A stretch of 64,000 bases of DNA from an uncultured virus (IMG/VR IMGVR_UViG_3300042867_001762) (lineage: Duplodnaviria; Heunggongvirae; Uroviricota; Caudoviricetes): the IMG/VR virus record IMGVR_UViG_3300042867_001762; one strand, 5' to 3'. Position 1 is the first letter of the stretch; every line of letters begins with the position of its first letter. Under the pieces are notes generated by a model that saw only the letters and a program-made list of their open reading frames with translations, ran no database searches and was not told the origin of the DNA. Position numbers and translations under genes: made by a program. This document shows, one piece after another, positions 35,998 through 45,847 of this stretch.

Positions 35998-36246
35998 CTA
36001 GAAGATGGTACCTATATTATCTAGCGGTGCTTTGAAATCAATAACTGAAGACGATCCATTAGCGTAAAAATAATAGCAATTGTTGCCATAGCTAATCACA
36101 AGCAGGCTCCACGCATCTCCCTTGTCGCGCATGTCGCGGACATTGTTTGGTAGAGGGATACCAAAGTAGTGGGCTATGGCGGCAATCATGCCTGTCTTAT
36201 CGCCGGCGTCATCTAGTTGTGCCAGTAACAATAGAACAAGTTTCAC
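35998..36246 (-). CDS. MKL-family paralog
   Basis: (M)KLVLLLLAQLDDAGDKTGMIAAIAHYFG. Confidence 0.75.
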   Translation of the reverse strand: MKLVLLLLAQLDDAGDKTGMIAAIAHYFGIPLPNNVRDMRDKGDAWSLLVISYGNNCYYFYANGSSSVIDFKAPLDNIGTIF

Positions 36247-36517
36247 TACAGAAATCCGGGGCAAACATAATGAGGTTTATCCCATTACGAGAGTAAAGCT
36301 TACTGTCATTGAAGTAATCAAGGCCGTTCCAGCAGGAAGATCCGCTAGATGTTCTTAGTCGCAGCATTCCTAGCGGTTCCCACGGACAAATCTTTATTTG
36401 CCATTGCTCATCCTTCCGGCGGGCTATGTCTTCAAAATGCACTGCGAACAAATCAAGGATTGTTTTTATGTCCTTGTTTGCAACAGCGTTTCGCAAAGCG
36501 AAAGCGTCCAGTTTCAT
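36209..36517 (-). CDS. MKL-family paralog
   Basis: MKLDAFALRNAVANKDIKTILDLFAVHF. Confidence 0.75.
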   Translation of the reverse strand: MKLDAFALRNAVANKDIKTILDLFAVHFEDIARRKDEQWQIKICPWEPLGMLRLRTSSGSSCWNGLDYFNDSKLYSRNGINLIMFAPDFCSETCSIVTGTTR

Positions 36518-36722
36518 TTGCTCACCTGAATGAAAGCAGTTTCTTTGATCTCTGCAACGCGGATCTCGTAGTATTGTCCGGGCGCTCGTTCGTTGGCGCT
36601 CCGCCAGACAATCAGCAGAGTATCTCCGGGACCGCTGCCTTCTAGAACAATAAACTTCTTATCTGGATTAGACTCCAGAGCTTTTATCATGAAGTCTATG
36701 TTGCTGGCGTGTGGGGATTCCA

Positions 36723-36932
36723 TCAGTCTAAACTTACCTCGCGCTGGTCGCCTAGTACGTTAACCTCAATAAAGCGCAGAGGCAACATGCGTCTGCGAAC
36801 AAAGTAGGCTAGACCGGATAAGAAGTATGCGGTTATTTGCGCGCGGGTTTGCGTGGTAAACCTTTCCGGTGGAATGCTTCCTCGCAGGAGATTGCGGTTA
36901 TCGTATACTAGATAGTGACTGATTAGCTTCAT
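36723..36932 (-). CDS. MKL/VLG-family small protein
   Basis: MKLISHYLVYD...PLRFIEVNVLGDQREV. Confidence 0.7.
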   Translation of the reverse strand: MKLISHYLVYDNRNLLRGSIPPERFTTQTRAQITAYFLSGLAYFVRRRMLPLRFIEVNVLGDQREVSLD

Positions 36933-37178
36933 ACTATGTCCGCTTTTTATAGCGACGGCGGCTGCCTGCCGGTGCCACATGCGATAGCAGGTAGCGTAAA
37001 TCTTCCTGGATTTCTTCCACTTCGTCGCGCAGCTCCTGTAGTTGTTTTAGGATATCTGCTTCGGCAGGACTGGTAGACTGCGGCAGCGCACCAGTAGAAA
37101 GGGTGCCATCGGCATGGGGCGTAGCGGCAATGCTATAGCAGTCGTGACAGAACGTGCCCGGAAGGTGATTGCAAACAC

Positions 37179-37376
37179 TCATGATCTAAAGCCCTCTGGA
37201 GTTATGTCGCGCTCATCGCCTAGCACGCTTATTTCATACAGTCGCAGCGGACGATCCTGAAACCATTGCAGTCTATGGTATTCTAAAATTGCCTCTTCGC
37301 GGGTATGTGAGCCGTGTACTTGCGAGTAGCGCAAGCCGCTGTCGGTGCGTATCTGATAAAAGCTAATCAGCTTCAT
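37179..37376 (-). CDS. MKL/VLG-family small protein
   Basis: MKLISFYQI...PLRLYEISVLGDERDI. Confidence 0.7.
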   Translation of the reverse strand: MKLISFYQIRTDSGLRYSQVHGSHTREEAILEYHRLQWFQDRPLRLYEISVLGDERDITPEGFRS

Positions 37377-37569
37377 GCCGGTCCAGATCTAGAACATGCA
37401 GCTCACCTAATACATCTACCGCAGCTATGTGCAGCGGGGCAAGATGCCTATAGATAACGCTATAAACATCCCGCATATGTAGCATGTGATGAGAGGACGT
37501 GTCGCTGCCAAATCTCAGCACAAACTTGCGATCCCTATCTACCAGTAGGTATTCAGCAAATAGTTTCAT
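37363..37569 (-). CDS. MKL/VLG-family small protein
   Basis: MKLFAEYLLVD...PLHIAAVDVLGELHVL. Confidence 0.7.
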   Translation of the reverse strand: MKLFAEYLLVDRDRKFVLRFGSDTSSHHMLHMRDVYSVIYRHLAPLHIAAVDVLGELHVLDLDRHEAD

Positions 37570-37572
37570 TTT

Positions 37573-38004
37573 TTAGGCAGAGGTATTCCATTCAATATCA
37601 TTTAGAATATCCCTTGGCACTTCTGCAAGACCTGCAAGGCGGCGTGTCAGTGTTACGCTACCATCGGCAGCGATCTTACCCTCATAGAGTTTACCGGGGG
37701 CAAAGTCTAGCTTATTTGGTGCAGGGCTAGGTGGCAAATGAGCTGGTGCAGAGATTTTAACTGCAATAAACCGGTCGACTTCTTGCTCAGTGGCAAGCCT
37801 AATTGTTTGTCCTTTTACAGGACGGCCACTCTTGATTGCGTTGTTTATAGTTGCTGAGCTAAGGACAAAGGCCTTGGCTGCGGCCCCTACATTTATGAAG
37901 AATTGTCCATTGCTAGACATTAGTGGATGACTTGCCTTGCCGGGAGAGCCGACAACTCGAACCTTTACGACGCCGCCTTCAACAATCTTTTCCAACTTAT
38001 TCAT
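37573..38004 (-). CDS. putative NUMOD1-like HTH DNA-binding protein
   Basis: FINVGAAAKAFVLSSATINNAIKSGRPVKG. Confidence 0.5.
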   Translation of the reverse strand: MNKLEKIVEGGVVKVRVVGSPGKASHPLMSSNGQFFINVGAAAKAFVLSSATINNAIKSGRPVKGQTIRLATEQEVDRFIAVKISAPAHLPPSPAPNKLDFAPGKLYEGKIAADGSVTLTRRLAGLAEVPRDILNDIEWNTSA

Positions 38005-38549
38005 TTACTTCTACCTGTTCTTTCTGCCGATATCGGCTGTCTAACAAGTAGACCTTACAGCAAAGGTTATTACTGTTTATAAAGAAAAGAAACTTCTTCA
38101 CTGGTCGCCGATATTCACATGCTTGAAACCGGCATCCAGATCATAAGCGCGCAGCGGCTCATCAGCAGAATAGTTCCAGGTTTCTGCTGCCATCATAGCG
38201 CGGGCAGCGGCTTCATCTAGGGCGATGACAATGCAGCAGCCTCGCCAGCCGGCATCCTGAATCCAAAGCTGCATCTTTTCATTATGGCTCATAAGCGATT
38301 CCCCCTTATGCCTTCCCGCCAGAAGCCCAGCGTATAGCAGCGCCTGTGTCCGAGAAGGCTACGCCCAGCGGACGTAGATAATCATAGTCCCAATCAGATA
38401 GCGGCTTGTTCCAAAGGCGGCGTTCCTTATAGAAAGCTCGCCAATGGCTATCGCCTGCATCAAGTAGAACAAGCCTGGTACGAGATTCATGCACATACTG
38501 ATCGGGCAGGGCGTGCCCGCGCAGTACAAAAGACACAAACTTTTGACCT

Positions 38550-38912
38550 CTAGTAGTCATCACCATCATCCTGATCAAAGTCTACGCGGATGGAGTAATA
38601 GCCATTAGAGCTGCCGCTCCAGCGGATTGTGACATAGCCTTTGACCGTAGCAAAGCGGTAAAAGGTCCAGCCTTCGCTGCCGTATTCCGAGTCTCGCTCC
38701 TTGAACACCACCTCTGCAATAGAGAGTGGCGGTCCAATAAGATCCGAGATTTCGCCATCGACCTGCTCGATGCCAACGCTCTCGCAGCATGACTGATGGT
38801 GGCGCATCCGATAAACGGTACCATCATCGCAATGAAAGCGGACGTCATCATCCTTGATACCGGTAATATCGGTAAGCGTTTTTCCACGGATAGGCAGGAT
38901 ATCAGCGGTCAT
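38550..38912 (-). CDS. conserved phage hypothetical protein, copy 1
   Basis: HHQSCCESV...WTFYRFATVKGYVTIRWSGSSNGYYS. Confidence 0.75.
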   Translation of the reverse strand: MTADILPIRGKTLTDITGIKDDDVRFHCDDGTVYRMRHHQSCCESVGIEQVDGEISDLIGPPLSIAEVVFKERDSEYGSEGWTFYRFATVKGYVTIRWSGSSNGYYSIRVDFDQDDGDDY

Positions 38913-39444
38913 GGGGGACTCCTTGGTAGATTAGGAATAGGCGGGCAGCGTGCCGAGGCCAGCTTTGTCTATGAATTTCGGATGAATACTACAGAGTCGC
39001 ATTCTTTGTGAGCTGGACGAGTGTGGTCATACGTCTCCCTCGAGTGCGTGCCGTGCTCTTTCTTCTTCACGGATGCGCCTCTTTTCAGCCAGAACACTTC
39101 GCCACGTCTCTGTGATGGTCACACCAACCGTGCGATCCAACAGCCAGAGACAGGCGATGACGAAGATCCAGTAGCTCGAGATCATCGTTTCTCCGGCCAG
39201 GGCTGCCGTGACGCGGCCTACTACAGCGCCGGCAAGAAGGGCAGCAATAATGGTGAGCATCATGCTTCCTGCGGGAGGATATAGCGCTGCACGTCCTCGA
39301 TGAGTACGTCATAGGTGGCATCAAACGCGAACGGGTCAAAGTCGCCCCCGTTATTGAAGGCTGTGAAAAAGCGCTCATCCGTCTCGCGGAAGCCATGCAT
39401 CAGTACGACGTTCAGAAAAAGATCAGACATTCGCTTGGCGCTGT

Positions 39445-39831
39445 TCATATTGCTCCTTGTTGGTGGCGTTCGGGGCACCGCTCAGGATCGGGCGGGTCCG
39501 GCTTTAGGGCGGGCGGGGCTGGCACTCTCTGTCCAGCCCTGTACCATTCCTGAGTACCATCTGGATAGATAATAGCTGGTCCGTTATCCCGGTGACGCTT
39601 GCCATTCCGGCACCAGTATTGAGTACCATCTGGATAGATAATAGCTGGCCCATCACCCCGGTGAAGCCCGCCATCCTGGTACCAACACTGAGTACCATCT
39701 GGATATATGGCAGCGGGTCCGTCATCCCGGTGAAGCCGGCCCCTGCTGTTGCGAACGCAGTAATACCCGTTTTTGTAAACACCACCGGCTTCAATGATTG
39801 AAGAAATAGTTTCCCAGGTATCAAGTTTCAT
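39445..39831 (-). CDS. HRDDGPA-repeat protein
   Basis: MKLDTWETISSIIEAGG + three repeats; tail reads through a motif copy. Confidence 0.85.
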   Translation of the reverse strand: MKLDTWETISSIIEAGGVYKNGYYCVRNSRGRLHRDDGPAAIYPDGTQCWYQDGGLHRGDGPAIIYPDGTQYWCRNGKRHRDNGPAIIYPDGTQEWYRAGQRVPAPPALKPDPPDPERCPERHQQGAI

Positions 39832-39846
39832 GATTTTCTATCTTGA

Positions 39847-40320
39847 TTATTCCCAGGGGGCCTTGGCTGCCAGGCAGGCCTCGACAGTCAGATCTGTCTC
39901 CCAGCGGGCCAACATACTACGAATAGCATGCAACGGTACGCCATGAGAGTTGCGGCGGGCACACTCTTCAGGATCTCGCGCCCATGCGGTTGCAGGCTCA
40001 ATAAACTGTACGCGATATCCACATCGCTCCGCGTTACGAACATACTCGCGGGCTTCCCAAGCCTGCGTGTTAGTATTGTCAATAATAATATGGGAAGTTC
40101 CTGCATCCATAGCAGCAACCGCACGGGCCAGATTAGCCGCATGGTGTTTGCCGAGGAGCTTGCCGTCAAAGCGGTACTCCCCATCCACCATGAAGAAATC
40201 ATCGGTGGAGAAGACCGGAGCGGGAGAAACTCCGGGAATGTTTGCAAGGGCGTGTGCGAGGTGGCTCTTGCCGCTACCGGGCAGGCCACGCATGATCGTG
40301 AGGGTACGGCTGCTCAGCAT
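39847..40320 (-). CDS. P-loop kinase, N4BP2/polynucleotide-kinase-like, copy 1
   Basis: IMRGLPGSGKS, STDDFF, IIDNTN, RNSHGVP. Confidence 0.85.
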   Translation of the reverse strand: MLSSRTLTIMRGLPGSGKSHLAHALANIPGVSPAPVFSTDDFFMVDGEYRFDGKLLGKHHAANLARAVAAMDAGTSHIIIDNTNTQAWEAREYVRNAERCGYRVQFIEPATAWARDPEECARRNSHGVPLHAIRSMLARWETDLTVEACLAAKAPWE

Positions 40321-40333
40321 GATTGCTCCTGAT

Positions 40334-40597
40334 TTATTTTGTGGTAAAGATTTGTATATCTTCGCCTATCGGAATGCCTAGCGGTCCCTGGGTAAAGCCG
40401 GATCGGCCTGACCAACCGTATTCAGCGCCGCCGCGTGGCATGCAGATCCAGATCTCTGGGTACTGAGAAAAGCCTCTATTGATTCTTGTAGGTCTGCCAA
40501 CCAGGGAGATACCGAAGGTAGATTCCATAATAGAAATAACCTCCGGCCAGTCTTCCTTAGCAAATGCGACCCGCATCTCCCAGTCATCCAGCTTCAC
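40334..40597 (-). CDS. MKL-family paralog
   Basis: MKLDDWEMRVAFAKEDWPEVISIMESTFG...YGWSGRSGF. Confidence 0.8.
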   Translation of the reverse strand: MKLDDWEMRVAFAKEDWPEVISIMESTFGISLVGRPTRINRGFSQYPEIWICMPRGGAEYGWSGRSGFTQGPLGIPIGEDIQIFTTK

Positions 40598-41249
40598 GGC
40601 TGCGGATTTTCTGTGTCAAGAATCTTCCAGATTTCTTCCATGGAACACCAGAGAGTTTCCGGGTCTGCGGTTTCATTCCCGAACATTACTTCTAGGCGGC
40701 AACCTTCAAGAGATTCTTCGCCGCTGTAGCCGATCTGGGTGCCGTTGTGCTCGCCATCTTCGCCTAGTTCAAACCAGCAATAATCTGCGGTATCATAGCG
40801 AATCTCGAAAGAATCAAAACCAAATGCCGCTCCACGTCTAATCCAGGCCACTTCTTGCCCGTCGCTAGGGCGTCGCTCGCTGATGGAATGAAATGGTAGA
40901 GAAATCATTTTATTCTTTCGGGCTGTGGTTAGATACACCAGAGAAAGAGCGGCTAATGAAATCCATCGAAGCCTTTAGACTTCTTTGGTCAGCCTCAGTG
41001 ATGCCATCTTTTCGATAGTCTTCCGTATAGGCAACAGGCCGGATCTCAAAGAAGGGTGGCAGGGTTCCCGCCCAGTATTCAGTGGTAGCGCAGAATACTT
41101 TGCCATCAATCTCGAGTTGTGCAATGCCACGATACCCGGTCATCTCACCAATGGCAGAACCCCACTCGATACGATGAGCGCCGCTGCCAGAAATAACGTG
41201 TTTCATATGCCGTCCTTGTTAGTGCTGTACAAGAATAGATATTTCTTAC

Positions 41250-41462
41250 TCAGTAGTCCCCGCCGCGTTCATCCCTATCTGCGCATGAGTCGCACTGATA
41301 GCCGCGAGCTTTATCAGCAGGAGTCAAGCGGTTTGGTTCCTTGCAAGTCGGGCAAGGGATGTTGCGTGGATTGCGGCGTGTAGCTGCACGCAATGCGGAG
41401 TTACCACCTGGATCTGCAAAGCAATAGTTGTCGTGATCAAAGTTGTCGTCGTACATAACCAT
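41250..41462 (-). CDS. small Zn-finger protein
   Basis: PCPTC...YQCDSC; first gene after the motif at 41512. Confidence 0.7.
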   Translation of the reverse strand: MVMYDDNFDHDNYCFADPGGNSALRAATRRNPRNIPCPTCKEPNRLTPADKARGYQCDSCADRDERGGDY

Positions 41463-41637
41463 CCTATTGTTGCTGGTTAGTGATGCGGTCGATTGCGGCG
41501 GGTTCGACCTTCAGGATCGGGGGACTCCGGCTTTAGGGCCGGGTCGTCGTGTCAGCTCTCAGTCCTGTGAGTATTTTCTTTTTTGTGGACATGGTGTGCC
41601 AGCATGCCTCATGTGTGGATTACTGGAGTAGTTTGCC

Positions 41638-41985
41638 TTACAGGAAGTATTCCTCGGGATCTTCATTTTCATCTTCCCCAAAGCGCTTGCCATTCAGGTA
41701 CCAGAACTGAGCACCATCTGAATATGTAATTGCTGGACCATCATCCCTATGAATCAGGCCATTGCGATACCAGTATTGACTACTTGGATATATGACGGCA
41801 GGTCCATCATCCCGGTGAAGCTGGCCATTACGGTACCACTCCTGCTTGCCATTTGGATATATGACAGCAGGTCCATCATCCCGGTGAAGCCCGCCATGAT
41901 TATTCCTGATCTCGTACCTCATGTGTTGAAAGGCACCTCCGGCTTGGAGGAGAGATGAGATAGCCTCCCAGAGATCTAGTTTCAT
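41638..41985 (-). CDS. HRDDGPA-repeat protein
   Basis: MKLDLWEAISSLLQAGG + three repeats. Confidence 0.9.
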   Translation of the reverse strand: MKLDLWEAISSLLQAGGAFQHMRYEIRNNHGGLHRDDGPAVIYPNGKQEWYRNGQLHRDDGPAVIYPSSQYWYRNGLIHRDDGPAITYSDGAQFWYLNGKRFGEDENEDPEEYFL

Positions 41986-42513
41986 TTATTTTTTACTCTG
42001 AAGTTTGCCATTCAGATACCATTTCTGAGTACCGTCTGGATAGATGATAGCTGGTCCATCATCCCGGTGAGGCTTGCCATTCCGGTACCAAAATTGTTTG
42101 CCGTCTGAAAATATAACAGCAGGCCCATCTTCCCGGTGAGGCTCGTCGTTCTGGTACCAATGCTGTTCACCATCTGGATGAATGATAGCTGGTCCATCAT
42201 CCCGATGAATCTTGTCATTCCGGTACCAATGATGACTGCCATCCGGATCTACAATGGCAGGCCCGTCTTCCCGGTGTAGCTGGCCATTCCGGTACCAGCA
42301 TTGCCTACCGTCAGGGAATACCTCAGCAGGCCCGTCATCACGGTGGAGCACGCCATTCCGGTACCAGTATTGGAAGCCGTCAGGGAATACCTCAGCAGGC
42401 CCGTCTTCCCGGTGAAGATGGCCCTTACTGTTCCTGATCTGGTATCTTCCGTGCTCAAACTTACCGCCAGCATCGAGGAGGGAGGATATTGCTTTCCAGA
42501 CGTCTAGTTTCAT
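41986..42513 (-). CDS. HRDDGPA-repeat protein
   Basis: MKLDVWKAISSLLDAGG + six repeats. Confidence 0.9.
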   Translation of the reverse strand: MKLDVWKAISSLLDAGGKFEHGRYQIRNSKGHLHREDGPAEVFPDGFQYWYRNGVLHRDDGPAEVFPDGRQCWYRNGQLHREDGPAIVDPDGSHHWYRNDKIHRDDGPAIIHPDGEQHWYQNDEPHREDGPAVIFSDGKQFWYRNGKPHRDDGPAIIYPDGTQKWYLNGKLQSKK

Positions 42514-42909
42514 CTAGTCTCCTGCCTTATGTTTACGCTGGCCATCCTGGCACCAAATCTCAGTGCCATCTGGATGGATAATAGCAGGGCCATCATCACG
42601 GTGAATCTCATCATTCTGATACCAAACCTGAGTACCATCCTGATATATAAGAGCAGGCCCGCCATCCCGATGAATAGTACCGTTCCGGTACCACTCCTGA
42701 GTACCGTCTGGACATGCGATAGCAGGCCCGTCTTCCCGATGAAGCACGCCATCCCGGTACCAATAGTGCCTACCGTCTTGAGATATAATGGCAGGTCCGT
42801 CATCCCGGTGAATCATGCCATTACTATTCCTGATCTCATATATTCCGTTTCGAAAGACACCACCTGCTTCGATGATAGATGACAAGGCTTCCCAGAGATC
42901 TAGTTTCAT
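42514..42909 (-). CDS. HRDDGPA-repeat protein
   Basis: MKLDLWEALSSIIEAGG + four repeats. Confidence 0.9.
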   Translation of the reverse strand: MKLDLWEALSSIIEAGGVFRNGIYEIRNSNGMIHRDDGPAIISQDGRHYWYRDGVLHREDGPAIACPDGTQEWYRNGTIHRDGGPALIYQDGTQVWYQNDEIHRDDGPAIIHPDGTEIWCQDGQRKHKAGD

Positions 42910-43202
42910 TTTATCTTCCCGGTGGAACCGGATTGACGATAACCCTCCCCGATCCGCTCATCAACAAGCGCGCCGTTCCAGTACCAATACTGTCTGCCAT
43001 CGGGATATGTAAGAGCAGGACCGTAGGCCCGGTGACGCAGGCCATTCTGGTACCAATAGCGCCTACCGTCCAGATATATCAGAGCTGGGCCGCCATCCCG
43101 GTGAATCTTTCCATTATTATTTGTAAGCTCGTACCTTCCGTTTTGAAAGGTACCGCCTGCTTCAATGAGGGAGAATATGTCTTCCCAGACTTCTAGTTTC
43201 AT
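42906..43202 (-). CDS. HRDDGPA-repeat protein
   Basis: MKLEVWEDIFSLIEAGG + two repeats. Confidence 0.9.
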   Translation of the reverse strand: MKLEVWEDIFSLIEAGGTFQNGRYELTNNNGKIHRDGGPALIYLDGRRYWYQNGLRHRAYGPALTYPDGRQYWYWNGALVDERIGEGYRQSGSTGKIK

Positions 43203-43522
43203 TTATCTACCCAGTGACGATTGCCATCCCGGTACCATTCCTGATCACCATCTGGATAGATGATAGCAGGACCGTCGGCCCGGTGACGCAGGCCATTCCG
43301 GTACCAGCTTTGAGTGCCATTAGGTAGTATGACCGCAGGGCCGTCGCCCCGATGAAGCGCGCCATTCCGGTACCATTCCTGAGTGCCGTCTGCATATATG
43401 ATAGCAGGCCCGTCGCCCCGATGGAGATGGCCATTACTAGCCCGGACCTCATACCTATCGTCTTGAAACTTACCGCCGGCATCGAGGAGGGAAGATATTG
43501 CTTCCCAGACATCTAGTTTCAT
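43199..43522 (-). CDS. HRDDGPA-repeat protein
   Basis: MKLDVWEAISSLLDAGG + three repeats. Confidence 0.9.
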   Translation of the reverse strand: MKLDVWEAISSLLDAGGKFQDDRYEVRASNGHLHRGDGPAIIYADGTQEWYRNGALHRGDGPAVILPNGTQSWYRNGLRHRADGPAIIYPDGDQEWYRDGNRHWVDK

Positions 43523-43529
43523 TTATTTT

Positions 43530-43997
43530 TTACTCTGGATTTTGCCATTTCTGGAGTTTGCCATTCAAATACCAGGATTTAGTACCGTCTGAATAAATGA
43601 TAGCAGGCCCGTCTTCTCGGTGAGGCTTGCCATCCCGGTACCATTTCTGAGTGCCATTTGAATAGATGGTAGCAGGCCCGTCATCCCGGTGAGGCTCGTC
43701 GTTCCGGTACCAATGCTGAGTGCCATCTGGATATACAACAGCAGGCCCATTGTCCCGGTGGAGCTTGCCATTCCTGTACCATTCCTGACTACCATCCGGA
43801 TAGATAATAGCAGGACCATCATCCCTGTGTAGCTGGTCGCTACGATACCAATACTGAGTACCGTGTGGATATACAACAGCAGGTCCGTCTTCCCGGTGAA
43901 GCTCGCCATTACTATCTACAATCTGATACCTTCCGTATTGAAAGACACCGCCGGCTGCAATGAGGGATGAGATGGCTTCCCAGGCATCAAGTTTCAC
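43530..43997 (-). CDS. HRDDGPA-repeat protein
   Basis: MKLDAWEAISSLIAAGG + five repeats. Confidence 0.9.
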   Translation of the reverse strand: MKLDAWEAISSLIAAGGVFQYGRYQIVDSNGELHREDGPAVVYPHGTQYWYRSDQLHRDDGPAIIYPDGSQEWYRNGKLHRDNGPAVVYPDGTQHWYRNDEPHRDDGPATIYSNGTQKWYRDGKPHREDGPAIIYSDGTKSWYLNGKLQKWQNPE

Positions 43998-44451
43998 TTA
44001 TCCATCCTACCTTGTGTTGATAGGCGCCATTCAGGTGCCAAGACCCCTTACCATCAGGATAGATGATAGCTGGGCCGTCTTCCCGGTGACGCATGCCATG
44101 CCGATACCAAAGCCGAGTACCATCCGGATAGATAGCAGCAGGCCCGTCATCCCGGTGACGCTGGCCATCACGGTACCAATGACAACTACCATCAGGACAG
44201 ATGATAGCAGGGGCGTCATCCCGGTGACGCTCGCCATTCCGGTACCAGTATCGTATACCATTAGACTCTATGGCAGCAGGGCCATCATCCCGGTGAAGCA
44301 AGCCATTCCGGTACCAAAGCTGAGTGCCATCAGGAAAGATGGCAGCAGGGCCGTCATCCCGGTGAAGCAAGCCATTACTGTTCCTGATCTCGTACCTTCC
44401 GTATTGAAAGACGCCACCAGCATCGAGGAGAGACCAGACGTCTAGTTTCAT
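43987..44451 (-). CDS. HRDDGPA-repeat protein
   Basis: MKLDVWSLLDAGG + five repeats; GGAGG RBS; first clear gene after the motif at 44567. Confidence 0.9.
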   Translation of the reverse strand: MKLDVWSLLDAGGVFQYGRYEIRNSNGLLHRDDGPAAIFPDGTQLWYRNGLLHRDDGPAAIESNGIRYWYRNGERHRDDAPAIICPDGSCHWYRDGQRHRDDGPAAIYPDGTRLWYRHGMRHREDGPAIIYPDGKGSWHLNGAYQHKVGWISET

Positions 44452-44605
44452 TTTGTCCTCCGTGCAAAGGCAGTCTAATGGGACACAACGTCACTGTGGA
44501 TGATTGTCCTGGTAAGAAATAATAAATTCTTTTGACGGGACTGATGCAGTCAGCAGGCTCCACCTACAAGATCAGGGGACACCGGCTTTAGGGCGGCCCT
44601 TTCTG

Positions 44606-44926
44606 CTATGCTGACTGCGGACCAATACCAGCTGCAATCGCAGTATCGACAGCCCGCTGTGCAGCACGAGAGGAAGCGTACGAGTGAAAAGTTCCGTGAG
44701 TTTGTACAGAGCCGGTCTGTGGAATAAATACCCGAACAGAATACTTGCGGTTTCCGCTGCGGGGTGCCTCAGAGCTGACGAACCATACTCTGCCGCCGTC
44801 ATCCATCTTACCAAGCAGGGGCAAGCGGGTGCGGAAGAATCGCATAGAATCTGGCTCAAACCAATGGGAGCCGGCAGCGAGAGAAGCGGACTTTACATCA
44901 GCCATCGGTACAAAACGGGTGCCCAT
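44606..44926 (-). CDS. conserved phage hypothetical protein
   Basis: GSHWF...MRFFRTR...FVSSE...RKYSVR; follows the motif at 44969. Confidence 0.7.
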   Translation of the reverse strand: MGTRFVPMADVKSASLAAGSHWFEPDSMRFFRTRLPLLGKMDDGGRVWFVSSEAPRSGNRKYSVRVFIPQTGSVQTHGTFHSYASSRAAQRAVDTAIAAGIGPQSA

Positions 44927-45018
44927 TTTATCTCCAGCGTTAGAAGGTTTGCGGCGGGGTTCGGCCTTCAGGATCGGGGGACGCCGGCTTTAGGGCCGGC
45001 GGGGACTGTCAGGAAGTC

Positions 45019-45393
45019 TTATTCCTCTGTATCTTCTCCATACAGTTCCTTCAGCATTTGCCGTACAGCACTTTCTGATTGACGGAGAATATCTTCTGAT
45101 TCTTTGCCGGTAGCTGCTGCAAGCGCAGCGAGCGCATCATCAATGCGATCTAGCTGGCCGTCATGGGAATGCCAGCGGGCTAGTACGCGCTCGGCAAATG
45201 CAAGTAGTGCTGGAGCGGCTGCGATTAGCCGGGCATTGGCCATAACTTCATCCCAGTTATCGGATGCACGGCCGCTTGCCAAGGCCAAATAAGAATCGTC
45301 TGGACCATAGATCCATTTGCAGGGATAACCTTCTACAATGGTCTGCATATCAGCTCGGCCGGCAGCCCATGGTCCAGGTGTGTGCTTGCTCAT
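45019..45393 (-). CDS. phage TPGPW...ARLIAAAP family hypothetical protein
   Basis: MSKHTPGPW...ANARLIAAAPALL. Confidence 0.75.
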   Translation of the reverse strand: MSKHTPGPWAAGRADMQTIVEGYPCKWIYGPDDSYLALASGRASDNWDEVMANARLIAAAPALLAFAERVLARWHSHDGQLDRIDDALAALAAATGKESEDILRQSESAVRQMLKELYGEDTEE

Positions 45394-45454
45394 GCTTTGC
45401 TCCAAAATTCTTAGAGAAAGTTGCCTCTCTAGATAATGTCAGCCGTTGTACGGA

Positions 45455-45847
45455 TCAAGGCATTTCCTTGGGCGCATTACTGAGTACAGCAATCAAGCGT
45501 TGCACATCCTCGGGATCGAGAACGGCAAAGCGGGCATCCTCGTCAAAGATGCCGTCGCGTCCATCGGCATCAAAATGCAGGTCTACCTGCTCGCCAGCCT
45601 CCGCGCGTTCCAGGAGAGAAATAGCTTCATAGGTATCGCTGCATGACTCACCACGACCGGGTTCCCCTACATTGAGCACCGTGTCAATATCAATGCGGAA
45701 GAAATCGTCCGGATATCCGTTATTCCTATTGAGTGGCTTTGGCTCGCATGTCTTGATAGAAAGACCTCCAAAGACTTGCGGCTTATAGTCAAAGAATACC
45801 GTGCCAGCAGGACAGCGCAGGAAGTTTTCACGATTTAGAATCTTCAT
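45455..45847 (-). CDS. hypothetical protein
   Basis: MKILNRENFLRCPAGTVF...RDGIFDEDARFAV. Confidence 0.7.
   Translation of the reverse strand: MKILNRENFLRCPAGTVFFDYKPQVFGGLSIKTCEPKPLNRNNGYPDDFFRIDIDTVLNVGEPGRGESCSDTYEAISLLERAEAGEQVDLHFDADGRDGIFDEDARFAVLDPEDVQRLIAVLSNAPKEMP

Noticed and set aside
42012..44261. Alternative-frame repeat ORFs (GTGMAS.TGMT... and plus-strand IPV repeats)
   Set aside because: By-products of the 66-nt repeat; only the HRDDGPA frame has the shared N-terminal cap and coupled starts.
41638..44451. Diversity-generating retroelement target region
   Set aside because: No reverse transcriptase or non-coding template repeat is visible, and differences between repeats are not obviously adenine-specific.
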